Shown piece by piece: positions 21,469 to 31,337 of a stretch of DNA of 64,000 nt. Origin of the DNA: Vicinamibacteria bacterium (GTDB lineage Bacteria; Acidobacteriota; Vicinamibacteria; Marinacidobacterales; Marinacidobacteraceae); NCBI GenBank assembly GCA_963668695.2, contig CAXXLQ010000004.1, positions 2,144,001-2,208,000 of the forward strand, read 5' to 3'. Numbering within the stretch: position 1 is the first letter of the stretch; each line of letters begins with the position of its first letter. The position numbers were made by a program, and so were the translations under genes. Below the pieces are notes generated by a model. It searched no databases. It was not told where the DNA came from and was given only the letters and a program-made list of their open reading frames with translations.

Positions 21469-24400
21469 GTGGAGCGCCCGACTTCCGTTCAGGCGGGCAG
21501 GCGCGCGCATCATCTGTTGGGCGTGATCGCGGTCCTGGCCCTCGGGAGTTGCGCGGACCCGGGAAGCACGCCGAGTCCGGCGCCCCCCACCGTGCCTCTG
21601 GTCCCGGCGCCGCGCGTCACGGGTGAGTTCCTGGATCTGGTGCTGACGGAGCAGGGGGACTCCTTCGCCGTGGACCTTTCCGCCGGGATTGCCGGCGAGG
21701 TCACCGAATGGTCGGCAACCTCGTCCGACCCAAACATCGTGACCGTAGCCGTCGCGAACGGGCGGTTGGAAATCGCGCCGGTGCGGGTGGGCACCGTCGA
21801 GGTCGCGGTCATCGCCCGCAATGCGGGAGGCCAGGTGGAAGCGACTTTCACGGTGCGTGTGATTTCGCGGCCGATAACGCCCCCGACCATGGCCGGCGAG
21901 TTGCGGCCGCTCGTGCTGGATGTTGGCGCCGGCTCGATCCTGGTGGATCTCGGCGGCGCCTTCTCGCCGCCGGGGTTCATCCTGACCGCGCGTTCCCTGG
22001 ACCCTGGGGTCGTCACGGCTTCCGTGTCGGGGACGGTCGTCGTTTTGACGGTAGTCGCCGCGGGCAGCACCACGCTGGAGATCGTCGCGCAGAATTCGGC
22101 CGGGTCGGCGGCCCGAACACTGTCGGTCACGGTGGTGCCGGCCCCGGACACGGTCGGGGACCTGGAGCCACTGGAGCTCATCGCCGGCGCTGCTCCGACC
22201 GTCGTGGATCTTTCGACCGTTTTCCGCCTCTCCACCGGGCTCTTCTTCGAGGCGCGATCGGACGATGACGAGATCGCCACCGCATCCGTCAGCGGGCACG
22301 AACTGACGGTAACCCCGGTCGCGCCTGGAAACACGGCCGTCACGATCACCGCGATCAATGCTGCGGGGAGCGCTAGCCGCATCATCCCGGTAGCCGTGGT
22401 TGCGGAGGGCCGGACAGCGGCTCCGACGCCGGTCGGAACGCTTCCGCCACTGACTCTCAGCGTGGGCGGCGGTTCGGCCGTCATCGACGTCAGCGCCTCC
22501 TTCTCGCCCGGCGGCTTCAGCCTGGAGGCCCAATCGCTCAACCCGAATGTTGCGAGAGTCTCGGTGCGCGAGGATGCGATACTGACCGTGAGGCCGGTGG
22601 GCGCCGGCAGGGCGTCGATCGAGTTGATCGCCCGCAATGCGGCTGGTTCCGCCGCGCGTTACCTCGAGGTGGAGGTCGCGGCGAGTCTGCGGCCGTCCGG
22701 CCAAATCCAGCCTCTCTCGCTAAGTGTCGGTGCGAGCCCTGCGGTCGTGGACCTACAGGACGCGTTCTCGCCCCCGGGATTCGAGGTGGAGGCACGGTCA
22801 TTGAACGAGCGCGTCGCCACGGTGTCGGTGGCGGAGGGGCTGTCGCTGGTGGTGACGCCGGTAGCCGCGGGCAGCACCTCGGTGGTGGTGACGGCGCGCA
22901 ACGCGCACGGAATGGCGACGCAAACGATTCCGGTGACCGTGGCCGCAGCGTTCCCTCGGGCGGTGGGAACGTTCGGGATGGTCTCCTTCGCGGCCGGCGG
23001 ACCGGGGTTCAGGTGGGATGCACAGGCCCACTTCACCCCGGCGGGCCTCCAAATCGAGGCCCGATCCGGAAATCCCCAGGTCGTGACGGCCACGATGAGC
23101 GGGATCTTCCTCACCCTCACGCCGGTGGGGGAGGGCAGCACGTCGGTGGTGGTGACGGCGCGCAACGCGAACGGAACGGCGACGCAAACGATTCCGGTAA
23201 CCGTGGCCGTAGCGGCCCCTCGGGCGGACGGAACGTTGGCGCCGGTCTCCCTCTCGGTCGGCGGACCGGCGGTTGCGGTGGATGTAGAGGCCGGCTTCAC
23301 CCCGGCGGGCCTCCAATTCGAGGCCCGATCCACGAATCCCCAGGTCGTGACGGCCACGATGAGCGGGACCTTCCTCACCCTCAGGCCGGTGGGGGAGGGC
23401 AGCACGTCGGTGGTGGTGACGGCGCGCAACGCGCACGGAACGGCGACGCAAACGATTCCGGTGACCGTGGAGGCACCGGCTCCTCGGACAGACGGAACGT
23501 TGCCGTCGGTCTCCCTGTCGGTCGGCGGACCAGCGGTTGCGTTGGATGTAGGGGCCGGCTTCACCCCGGCGGGCCTCCAAATCGAGGCCCGATCCGGAAA
23601 TCCCCGGGTCGTGACGGCCACGATGAGCGGGACCTTCGTCACCCTCACGCCGGCGGGGGAGGGCAGCACGTCGGTGGTGGTGACGGCGCGCAACGCGAGC
23701 GGGTCGGCGACGCAGACGATTTCGGTGACCGTGGCCGCAAGGTTCCCTCGGGCGGTGGGAACGTTCGCGCCGGTCTCCCTTTCGGCCGGCGGACTGGCGA
23801 TTGCGGTGGATGCAAGGGCCGGCTTCACCCTGGGGGGCCTCCAATTCGAGGCCCGGTCCGGAAATCCCCAGGTCGTGACGGCTACGGTGAACGGGCCCCT
23901 CGTCACCCTCACACCGGTAGCCGCGGGCAGCACGTCGGTGGTGGTGACGGCGCGCAACGCGAACGGATCGGCGACGCAGACGATATCGGTGACCGTGGCC
24001 GCAGCGCCCCCTCGGGCGGTGGGAACGTTCCCGCGGGTCTCCCTCTCGGCCGGCGGACCGGCGGTTGCGGTGGATGCAAGGGCCGGCTTCACCCCGGGGG
24101 GCCTCCAATTCGAGGCCCGGTCCGGAAATCCCCAGGTCGTGACGGCCACGGTGAACGGGCCCCTCGTCACCCTCACACCGGTAGCCGCGGGCAGCACGTC
24201 GGTGGTGGTGACGGCGCGCAACGCGAACGGATCGGCGACGCAGACGATATCGGTGACCGTGGAGGCAGCGGCCCCTCGGGCAGACGGAACGTTGGTGCCG
24301 GTCTCCCTCTCGGTCGGCGGACCGGCGGTTGCGGTGGATGTAGAGGCCGGCTTCACCCCGGCGGGCCTCCAATTCGAGGCCCGATCCACGAATCCCCAGG

Positions 24401-25086
24401 TCGTGACGGCCACGATGAGCGGGACCCTCGTCACCCTCACTCCGGCGGGGGAGGGCCGCACGTCGGTGGTGGTGACGGCGCGCAACGCGAGCGGATCGGC
24501 GACGCAGACGATTTCGGTGACCGTGAATCCTCCGGCGCCCGAGGCGGTCGGGACGCTGGCGCCGGTATCGCTCTCCGTCGGGGGGGCCACGGTGGAGATG
24601 GTCGTCTTCAGCGCCTTCAACGGGTGGCTTACGATGGAGGCCGAATCGGAAGACGGCGCAATCGTGACGGCCGGGATAGTCGACCGATACGTCGTCACCT
24701 TCACACCGGTGGGCGAGGGTGACACCTCGGTGGTCGTAACGGCGCGGAACGAAAGCGGCTCCGCGTCCCACATCGTTTCGGTCAACGTGGTGGCGGAGGC
24801 TCCGCAAGCGGTGGTAAGGCTCGGGGTGGGTCACGTCCAGCTTGACGGAAGTTACGTGCTTCTTTCCACCTCGAGGTACTTCACCCCGGCGGCCCTCATG
24901 ATCGAGGCGCGTTCCAACGACACGGGAGTGGTGACGGCGGAGGTCACGAGGGACGGCTACGAAAGAACTCCGGTGGTCAAGATCATCCCGGTGGGTCTCG
25001 GAACCACGACCGTGGAGATCACGGGAACAAATGCGAACGGTTCGGCGATGCACACCCTGTCCCTGACCGTCGTGGCGCCGCCGTAG
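21469..25086 (+). CDS. Large lipoprotein of tandem ~88-aa Ig-like repeats (putative adhesin/surface protein)
   Basis: Lipobox LALGSC after GTG 21469; about 13 repeats ending G.TSVVVTARNA.GSATQTI.VTV. Confidence 0.85.
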   Translation: MERPTSVQAGRRAHHLLGVIAVLALGSCADPGSTPSPAPPTVPLVPAPRVTGEFLDLVLTEQGDSFAVDLSAGIAGEVTEWSATSSDPNIVTVAVANGRLEIAPVRVGTVEVAVIARNAGGQVEATFTVRVISRPITPPTMAGELRPLVLDVGAGSILVDLGGAFSPPGFILTARSLDPGVVTASVSGTVVVLTVVAAGSTTLEIVAQNSAGSAARTLSVTVVPAPDTVGDLEPLELIAGAAPTVVDLSTVFRLSTGLFFEARSDDDEIATASVSGHELTVTPVAPGNTAVTITAINAAGSASRIIPVAVVAEGRTAAPTPVGTLPPLTLSVGGGSAVIDVSASFSPGGFSLEAQSLNPNVARVSVREDAILTVRPVGAGRASIELIARNAAGSAARYLEVEVAASLRPSGQIQPLSLSVGASPAVVDLQDAFSPPGFEVEARSLNERVATVSVAEGLSLVVTPVAAGSTSVVVTARNAHGMATQTIPVTVAAAFPRAVGTFGMVSFAAGGPGFRWDAQAHFTPAGLQIEARSGNPQVVTATMSGIFLTLTPVGEGSTSVVVTARNANGTATQTIPVTVAVAAPRADGTLAPVSLSVGGPAVAVDVEAGFTPAGLQFEARSTNPQVVTATMSGTFLTLRPVGEGSTSVVVTARNAHGTATQTIPVTVEAPAPRTDGTLPSVSLSVGGPAVALDVGAGFTPAGLQIEARSGNPRVVTATMSGTFVTLTPAGEGSTSVVVTARNASGSATQTISVTVAARFPRAVGTFAPVSLSAGGLAIAVDARAGFTLGGLQFEARSGNPQVVTATVNGPLVTLTPVAAGSTSVVVTARNANGSATQTISVTVAAAPPRAVGTFPRVSLSAGGPAVAVDARAGFTPGGLQFEARSGNPQVVTATVNGPLVTLTPVAAGSTSVVVTARNANGSATQTISVTVEAAAPRADGTLVPVSLSVGGPAVAVDVEAGFTPAGLQFEARSTNPQVVTATMSGTLVTLTPAGEGRTSVVVTARNASGSATQTISVTVNPPAPEAVGTLAPVSLSVGGATVEMVVFSAFNGWLTMEAESEDGAIVTAGIVDRYVVTFTPVGEGDTSVVVTARNESGSASHIVSVNVVAEAPQAVVRLGVGHVQLDGSYVLLSTSRYFTPAALMIEARSNDTGVVTAEVTRDGYERTPVVKIIPVGLGTTTVEITGTNANGSAMHTLSLTVVAPP
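22870..24530 (+). repeat. Intragenic 264-bp tandem repeat, about 6-7 near-identical units
   Basis: GGCAGCAC(G/C)TCGGTGGTGGTGACGGCGCGCAACGCG at 22870, 23134, 23398, 23662, 23926 and 24190; variant at 24454. Confidence 0.9.
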
Positions 25087-25364
25087 GGGCGGCCGGCGGG
25101 CTGGGGAGCCCGCCGGGAGACCGGGGCCCCGACCTCCGGCCGCCTGAGTACGAGACCGGGTCAGGGCCCTCGGCCCTCTTGCGGGACCTCGTCGAGGTGG
25201 GTCTACCCTGATTGCGACCGGCTACTTCTCAGAAATGCCATCTGGCAACTCGTGGCTCCGGGGACGCCCGCAACCATCCCGGCGGGGCCCGCCCGCCGCG
25301 CCGGCGACGGCGGTTCCCCTCGATCCGCGAGCAGATGGCTGCGCGATCCCAGCGGCGCGGCGAG

Positions 25365-28300
25365 TCACGGGTCGATGAGTCGGATCTGGATCTGGTTGGG
25401 AGACGTCGAGCACCCGGATGAGCCGGACACGCTCGTGCCCGGAACCAGTGAGATGTCGTACTGGACTTTCAGAATCTCATCCCCTTGGGAGAGAGCGTCC
25501 CGATCGGCCGAGAGTTGGAAATCCACCCTTCCCGTTCTGGGCGGGCCGGGGCGGATCTGCAGCGTCTGCCGCTCCGGCGTTCGATGCAGCGTTCTGCTAT
25601 GGGTGGACGTCAGGGGTTCGCCGAAACTCCCGGCGATGAAGGAGATGCGGATCTGGAAATCCGCGCTCAGGTCTTCCCTGGCGACTTCATAGTGGAGCGG
25701 GATCTCCAGGGTTTCCCCCTCGGCGAGTTCCCTGATGTCCGAATACCCCCAGGGAGCAGAGAACCGAAGTCTCAGATCGGGAAGCGTGACCGCCGGAACG
25801 CTTGCCTCATCGGGATAAACGCGACACTCCGAACCCGAGCATGCCAGCACCGATTCCGCCCCCCCGGCCGGACACGCCTGAATGATCATCGGCTGCATTG
25901 CCGTCGAAGATGCACGTCGGGCAAACTGTTCGTCGTAGGGATCCCAGAGGACCCGGACATCGTGCCGATAGCGGTTGTCCACCTCCTGGATGTTCCAGTC
26001 CAGGATGGGATACCCGCGATAGAGATCCATGATGGTCGAATCCGCCTTGTTGGTTTCAACGCGGAAGTCCACGATCTGCGCGTCGCAGATGTCATGGCGG
26101 CCGGCAGACATCGTCGTCCCGGAAATGCTGACCGCCTGACAAAGGACCGGCTCCGGCGGGGTGAAGCTGATGGCCACGGTGGGCGGGGGATTCAAGTTCC
26201 CCCCGGGGCCGTGAGCGTCCAACCGGTACCGGACGGACTTGGTCGGGCAGATTTCGCGGGATCCTTCGGGAGCCACGCTGCCGATCCCCGTCAGCCAAAC
26301 CTGGGTGGTCTCCTCGGTTGTCCAGGTCAAGGTCGAGCATTGGTCTCGATCGATTACGGGAGGATTCGCGATCAGCGTTCCGGCCGGCGCGCGCCACTCC
26401 CTTACGGAAACCGTGACGGTCGGCTCGGGATCGAGGATTGCGCCGTTTCCCGAGCCGGTGAGCGTGTAGGTGGTCGTCTCCGTCGGGCAGACCCGGCGGC
26501 TGCCGCTGGCCTCCACTACCCCGATCCCCGGATCGATGGACTGGGTGGTGGTGTTCGCGGTGATCCAGGCCAGGGTCGTGCACTCGCGCCGCCGAAGATG
26601 CTCCACGGTGGCGGTAAGGGTGCCGGTGGGGAGCGCGGAGCGGAGCCGCACCGCAACCGTGACGGTGGGCGGGGGGGCGAGCGACCCGCCGGGGCCGGTA
26701 GCGGTCAGCGAGTAGGTGGTGGTGGCGGACGGACAGACCTCCCGGGATCCGGTGCCCGCCACGTTCCCGATCCCGTGGTCGATCGAGACGCCGGTGGCGT
26801 CCACCGTGTTCCAGCTCAGCCGGGAACACTCTCCGGACTCGACCTCCAGTGGATCGGCGCTGATGCCCCCGCTCGGCGCCGGCACCGAAACCGCGACCGT
26901 GGCGGACGGCTCCGGGCTCAGAGTGCCGCCCGGCCCGGAGGCCGATAGCGTGTAGGTGGTGGTAGCGGTCGGACAGACCGCTCGGGACCCGTTGGGAGCC
27001 ACCGAACCGATCCCCTGATCAATGGACCGGGTCGTGGCGCCGCTGATCGCCCAGCTCAGGTCGGAACACTCACCTCGGGTGATCGCGGCGGGATGGGCGT
27101 CCAGATTGCCGACCGGGGGCGGTTGGGCGACGGTGATCGTGGCGCTTGGCTCGGGCGTGAGCGTCCCTCCCGGACCCGAGGCGGACAGGGTGTACGTCGT
27201 GGTGGCCGCCGGACATATCGAACGCGAGCCGCTGGCGCTCACGTTCCCGATTCCCTGGTCGATGGACCCACTGGTGGCGCCGGTTGTGTTCCAGCTCAGC
27301 CTCGAGCATTCGCCCGCCAGGACGGTAGGCGGATCGGCAGCCAGGGTTCCGGTCGGCGCCGCCTCGGAGGCCACCGAAACCGTCGCCTGGAGCACCGGGC
27401 TGAGCGAGCCTCCCGGCCCGGAGGCGGTCAACGCATAGGTGGTGGTCGCGCCCGGGCAGACCGACCGCGACCCGCTCGGGCTTACGCTCCCGATTCCCTG
27501 ATCGATCGACACACTGCTGGCGTCGTCGATGCGCCAGATCAAGTTGGAACAGGCGCCCGCGTCTATGGACGGCGGATCCGTTTCCAGACTTCCCGATGGC
27601 CGAGGATCGGTGACGGTGATCGTGACGCTGGGGCTTGGAGCCAGTGCTCCGCCCGGGCCCGATGCGATCAACAGGTAGGTCGTCGTCGTGCTCGGACAGA
27701 TCGAGGCGTGCGACCCGGCGGCCGCTACGTTCCCGAGTCCGGGTTCGATGGTGCGACTCGTCGTTCCGGTCGAGGTCCAGTGAATCGCGGTGCACTCCCC
27801 GCGTACGATCGTGGTCCGGGACGCGCTGAGTCTGCCGGTGGGCGCCGGGTCAGCGACCCGGACGCTCGCGGTAGGTCTTGGGTCCAGCGATCCATCCGGC
27901 CCGGTGGCGGACAGCGTATAGGTGGTGTCGGTCGCCGGGCACACCGAGCGCGAGCCGCCGGCCGCAACCGGGCCGATGCCGGGGTCAATGGACTGGCCGG
28001 TGGTATGCGCGGTGCTCCAGGTCAAAATGGCGCACTCGCCTCTGGCGATGATGCCGGGAATGACCCGCAGGGTCCCCGCAGGCCCCGACGGCGACTGCAC
28101 CAGGATCGCCACCGCCGGTGAGGGTTCAAGTGCACCGCCGGCGCCGGAGACCTCGAGGAAATACGTCGTGGCCTGCGCCGGACAGACCTCCCGGGATCCG
28201 GAGGCCGGTACCGGGCCCACGTTGGGGAATATGGACTGGCTCGTCGAATCATCCGTCCGCCAGGTCAGCGTCGAGCACTCACCCAGGACGATTTCGCGAG

Positions 28301-29078
28301 GACTGGCGGTGAGGCTCCCCGTCGGGGGCGCCCGGACCCTGACGGTGACCCGGGGCTGGGGGGAGAGGTCCCCTCCCGTTCCGGAAGCGGAGAGCGTGTA
28401 GGTGGTGGTCACGCGCGGCGACACGACGCGCGTGCCGGAAAGATCGACGGACCCCACCCCGGGGGTGATGGACGCGCTTTCGGCGCCGGTGATCGCCCAA
28501 CTGAGGACTGAGGAGGCGCCCCGGCGAATCGTCTCCGGGACCGCCGCAAGACTGCCGCTCGGCCGGTGCGACCGCGGTTCGGTGACGCTGCCCCCGCCGC
28601 CTCCACCTTCACCTTGCCCCCCGCCCTCACCGCCGCTGCCGCCTTGCCCCCCACCCTCACCGCCGCTGCCGCCGCCACCACCGCTCGGCGGCGGCTGGGA
28701 GGGATCCACCACAACCACCGTGACGGTGACGGGCGGGTCGAGTGTTCCACCCGAGCCGGAGGCGGTGAGCGTATAGGTCGTGGTGACGGCCGGACAGACA
28801 ACCGCGACCCCTCTCGCCGACACCTGATCGATGCCGTGATCAATCATGAGCGTCGTCGCGTCGGTGGTGGTCCAACGGAGGACGGCGCACGCCCCGGGGG
28901 AAATCTGCGACGGCTGAGCCTCGAAGCTCCCGGTCGGGGCCGACGGAGGGGTGGGCGCGGGGAGTGGCGCAGGGACAGCGCTCGGAAGCGGCGTCACCGT
29001 CGAATCGCAGCTGAGCCCGGCGGCCAGCACGACCGCTGCGGACCCGGGCAGAAGCCCGGAGGCCCGATTGATCCGCAT
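25365..29078 (-). CDS. Large lipoprotein with about 10 Cys-paired PKD/Ig-like repeats, Gly-rich linker and distinct C-terminal domains
   Basis: Lipobox AGLSC; ~81-aa repeat GEC..L.W.T....SID.GIG.V...GSR.VCP..TTTYTL.A.G.GG. Confidence 0.85.
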   Translation of the reverse strand: MRINRASGLLPGSAAVVLAAGLSCDSTVTPLPSAVPAPLPAPTPPSAPTGSFEAQPSQISPGACAVLRWTTTDATTLMIDHGIDQVSARGVAVVCPAVTTTYTLTASGSGGTLDPPVTVTVVVVDPSQPPPSGGGGGSGGEGGGQGGSGGEGGGQGEGGGGGGSVTEPRSHRPSGSLAAVPETIRRGASSVLSWAITGAESASITPGVGSVDLSGTRVVSPRVTTTYTLSASGTGGDLSPQPRVTVRVRAPPTGSLTASPREIVLGECSTLTWRTDDSTSQSIFPNVGPVPASGSREVCPAQATTYFLEVSGAGGALEPSPAVAILVQSPSGPAGTLRVIPGIIARGECAILTWSTAHTTGQSIDPGIGPVAAGGSRSVCPATDTTYTLSATGPDGSLDPRPTASVRVADPAPTGRLSASRTTIVRGECTAIHWTSTGTTSRTIEPGLGNVAAAGSHASICPSTTTTYLLIASGPGGALAPSPSVTITVTDPRPSGSLETDPPSIDAGACSNLIWRIDDASSVSIDQGIGSVSPSGSRSVCPGATTTYALTASGPGGSLSPVLQATVSVASEAAPTGTLAADPPTVLAGECSRLSWNTTGATSGSIDQGIGNVSASGSRSICPAATTTYTLSASGPGGTLTPEPSATITVAQPPPVGNLDAHPAAITRGECSDLSWAISGATTRSIDQGIGSVAPNGSRAVCPTATTTYTLSASGPGGTLSPEPSATVAVSVPAPSGGISADPLEVESGECSRLSWNTVDATGVSIDHGIGNVAGTGSREVCPSATTTYSLTATGPGGSLAPPPTVTVAVRLRSALPTGTLTATVEHLRRRECTTLAWITANTTTQSIDPGIGVVEASGSRRVCPTETTTYTLTGSGNGAILDPEPTVTVSVREWRAPAGTLIANPPVIDRDQCSTLTWTTEETTQVWLTGIGSVAPEGSREICPTKSVRYRLDAHGPGGNLNPPPTVAISFTPPEPVLCQAVSISGTTMSAGRHDICDAQIVDFRVETNKADSTIMDLYRGYPILDWNIQEVDNRYRHDVRVLWDPYDEQFARRASSTAMQPMIIQACPAGGAESVLACSGSECRVYPDEASVPAVTLPDLRLRFSAPWGYSDIRELAEGETLEIPLHYEVAREDLSADFQIRISFIAGSFGEPLTSTHSRTLHRTPERQTLQIRPGPPRTGRVDFQLSADRDALSQGDEILKVQYDISLVPGTSVSGSSGCSTSPNQIQIRLIDP

Positions 29079-29080
29079 GT

Positions 29081-30109
29081 TTACCAGCGGTAGTCGCCGC
29101 GTCTCACGGTGATCGCTACCGGGCCGGCAATGGTTCCGGCGCGGACAGCCACCGGCGCGGTCTGGAGCGTGTCGCGAATGTCGGCCTCGGCGCGGTACCG
29201 CAGCGCCCCATGGGCCCGCGGGATCGTGAGCGGACGCACGAGCAGGGAGTAGGCCCCCGGCGCCAGGCCACGGATGAGGAATTCCCCGTGGACATTGGTG
29301 AAGACGCCGACGCTCTCGACCATGTCGCCTTGGCCGTCGAGCCTGGTGGCGACGACGTGAACGGCTGCGGCCCCGCCTTCATCCTTGACGAGCACGCTCC
29401 CCCGGATGCTCCCCGTTGTCGCCTCCCAGCCGGCCGCGGGCCGAAGCAGCGACGCTCCGGCCCGATCGTCGGCCGTAATTGTTCCCCCCCGCAGATGGCC
29501 GTAGGACATCGCGGGATCGGCGCCCCAGGCCGTCGGCAACGCAACCCGGTATCGCAACACATCGCGAGTCCACAAGGCCCCGGCGTGATGCAGGCCGAGA
29601 CAATGACCCAACTCGTGGATCAAGGCGTTCCGGATGTCGTCCTTGGAACGCGTCACCTGACCCGGTGCAATGTAGATGTCGCAAACGTCGATCCGCACGC
29701 GGCCATCGGGGCCGTTCCTGGTACCGATCAGAGCCCCACCAGCTCCCGGCGCATACCCGTGTTCGAGATAGACCTCGCTGATGTCAGAGTCCCGTTCGGT
29801 CGCCGTCCCGCTGACGTTCCAGCGAATGTCCGCCGTGGAAATTCCGGACCAGCCGGACATTGCCTCCTCGATGAGTTCTTCCACGGCGCCAAGGCTCGAA
29901 AAGCCATCCAACCAGGTCGAGTCTTCCACCAACCGGAAGGAGAGGGTTTCTCCCGGGCCCCACACCTCGTCGCTCCACTGCACGGGCGTCGGCTCGGACC
30001 AGACATCGTGGTAGAGGAACCGGTATCCGGAGACCGGGAAGGGCCCCAGAACAATTCCGAGGAACGCAACAACCCCGAGAACCTGGGGGAATCTGGTTCT
30101 GATGGTCAC
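29081..30109 (-). CDS. Matrixin-like zinc metalloprotease with carboxypeptidase-regulatory-like domain
   Basis: HELGHCLGLHH, Met-turn AMSY, FTNVHGEFLIRGLAPGAY; signal peptide; start approximate. Confidence 0.85.
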   Translation of the reverse strand: MTIRTRFPQVLGVVAFLGIVLGPFPVSGYRFLYHDVWSEPTPVQWSDEVWGPGETLSFRLVEDSTWLDGFSSLGAVEELIEEAMSGWSGISTADIRWNVSGTATERDSDISEVYLEHGYAPGAGGALIGTRNGPDGRVRIDVCDIYIAPGQVTRSKDDIRNALIHELGHCLGLHHAGALWTRDVLRYRVALPTAWGADPAMSYGHLRGGTITADDRAGASLLRPAAGWEATTGSIRGSVLVKDEGGAAAVHVVATRLDGQGDMVESVGVFTNVHGEFLIRGLAPGAYSLLVRPLTIPRAHGALRYRAEADIRDTLQTAPVAVRAGTIAGPVAITVRRGDYRW

Positions 30110-30460
30110 CCGCTCGTCCGCTTCCAAGTCCTGTGCTCGAATCCGGAAGATGTTAACCGGGTGTACGAGACCCATGGGATTTGGCATTCGGGGACATCGA
30201 GCTGGCTTGGCAAGGGGTTGGAGTCGCTACGCGCGGATGGTGATCGGGGGCGCCGACACGGGAGTCGCCGGTGGAAACTGCCCCCCTGGGCAAATCGCCG
30301 CCCTCGCCCCCCGGCGTCGTCGGCCCGCTGTCCCGGGTCGAGCGATCTGCCCCCTGCGGTGGCGTGTGCCCGGGTTCGGGAAACAGACCAACGGCGCACC
30401 GCAGCGGGGCGAACCGCACCCTGCCGATCCGCCGGGATGGCGTTGTACGATCCGGCCGCC

Positions 30461-31315
30461 ATGCTCCGAGCCCTGACCCCCCTCATCCTCCTCCTCGCCG
30501 CGACCCTCCTCGCCCCCCCGGCAGCCCCCGCCCAGGACATCGTCCCCGCCCCCGCGGACGCCTCCACCGGCCCGGACACGGTGTTCGTCCAGGAACTCAC
30601 CTGGACCGAGGTGGCCGCCCGGGTGCGCGCCGGCACCCGCTCGGTGATCGTGCCGACCGGCGGCACCGAGCAGAACGGGCCGCACATGGTGCTCGGGAAG
30701 CACAACTTCATCATCCGGGAGGCGTCCGATCGGATCGCCCGCGAACTCGGCGACACGCTCGTCGCCCCGGTCGTCGCCTACGTCCCGGAGGGCGGGATTT
30801 CCCCGCCGACCGGCCACATGCGTTACGCCGGCGCCATCACCCTTCCCCAGGAGCACTTCGAGGCGCTCCTCGAATACACGGCGCGCGGCTTCGCGCTCCA
30901 CGGGTTCGACAACATCATCTTTATAGGCGACAGCGGCGGGAACCAGCGGGGCATGGAGGTGGTGGCCACGAAGCTCAACCTCGAATGGCAAGACTCCGGC
31001 GGGAAGTCCCGGGTGCTCTACGTTCCCGAGTATTACCGCGGCAACGGCTTTCGCGAGTGGCTGCTGGAGCAGGGGGTCCCGGAGGACGCCATCGGGAGCC
31101 ACGCCGGGGTGACCGACACCTCGCAGCTCTGGTACGTCGCGCCGGAACAGATCCGGCCGGAGGCGCGAGTTAAAAACGGCGGCTTCGAGGGAAGCGGCGT
31201 CAGGGGCGACCCCACGCTCGCCTCGCGGGAATTCGGCGAAAAGGGCATCGAGTTCAAGGTCGAGACCGCGGTCCGCCGGGTGCGCGAGATGCTCGCCGCG
31301 CGCGCCCGCGAATGA
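30461..31315 (+). CDS. Creatininase-family protein with signal peptide (copy 2)
   Basis: Near-identical to 20149-21003, with ATG start. Confidence 0.9.
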   Translation: MLRALTPLILLLAATLLAPPAAPAQDIVPAPADASTGPDTVFVQELTWTEVAARVRAGTRSVIVPTGGTEQNGPHMVLGKHNFIIREASDRIARELGDTLVAPVVAYVPEGGISPPTGHMRYAGAITLPQEHFEALLEYTARGFALHGFDNIIFIGDSGGNQRGMEVVATKLNLEWQDSGGKSRVLYVPEYYRGNGFREWLLEQGVPEDAIGSHAGVTDTSQLWYVAPEQIRPEARVKNGGFEGSGVRGDPTLASREFGEKGIEFKVETAVRRVREMLAARARE

Positions 31316-31337
31316 CGGCGGCTTCCCGCCCCGCGCC

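Noticed and set aside
29210-30460. 701-aa creatininase fusion protein
   Set aside because: The N-terminal part is antisense to the matrixin gene; the duplicate copy and signal peptide support a start at 30461.
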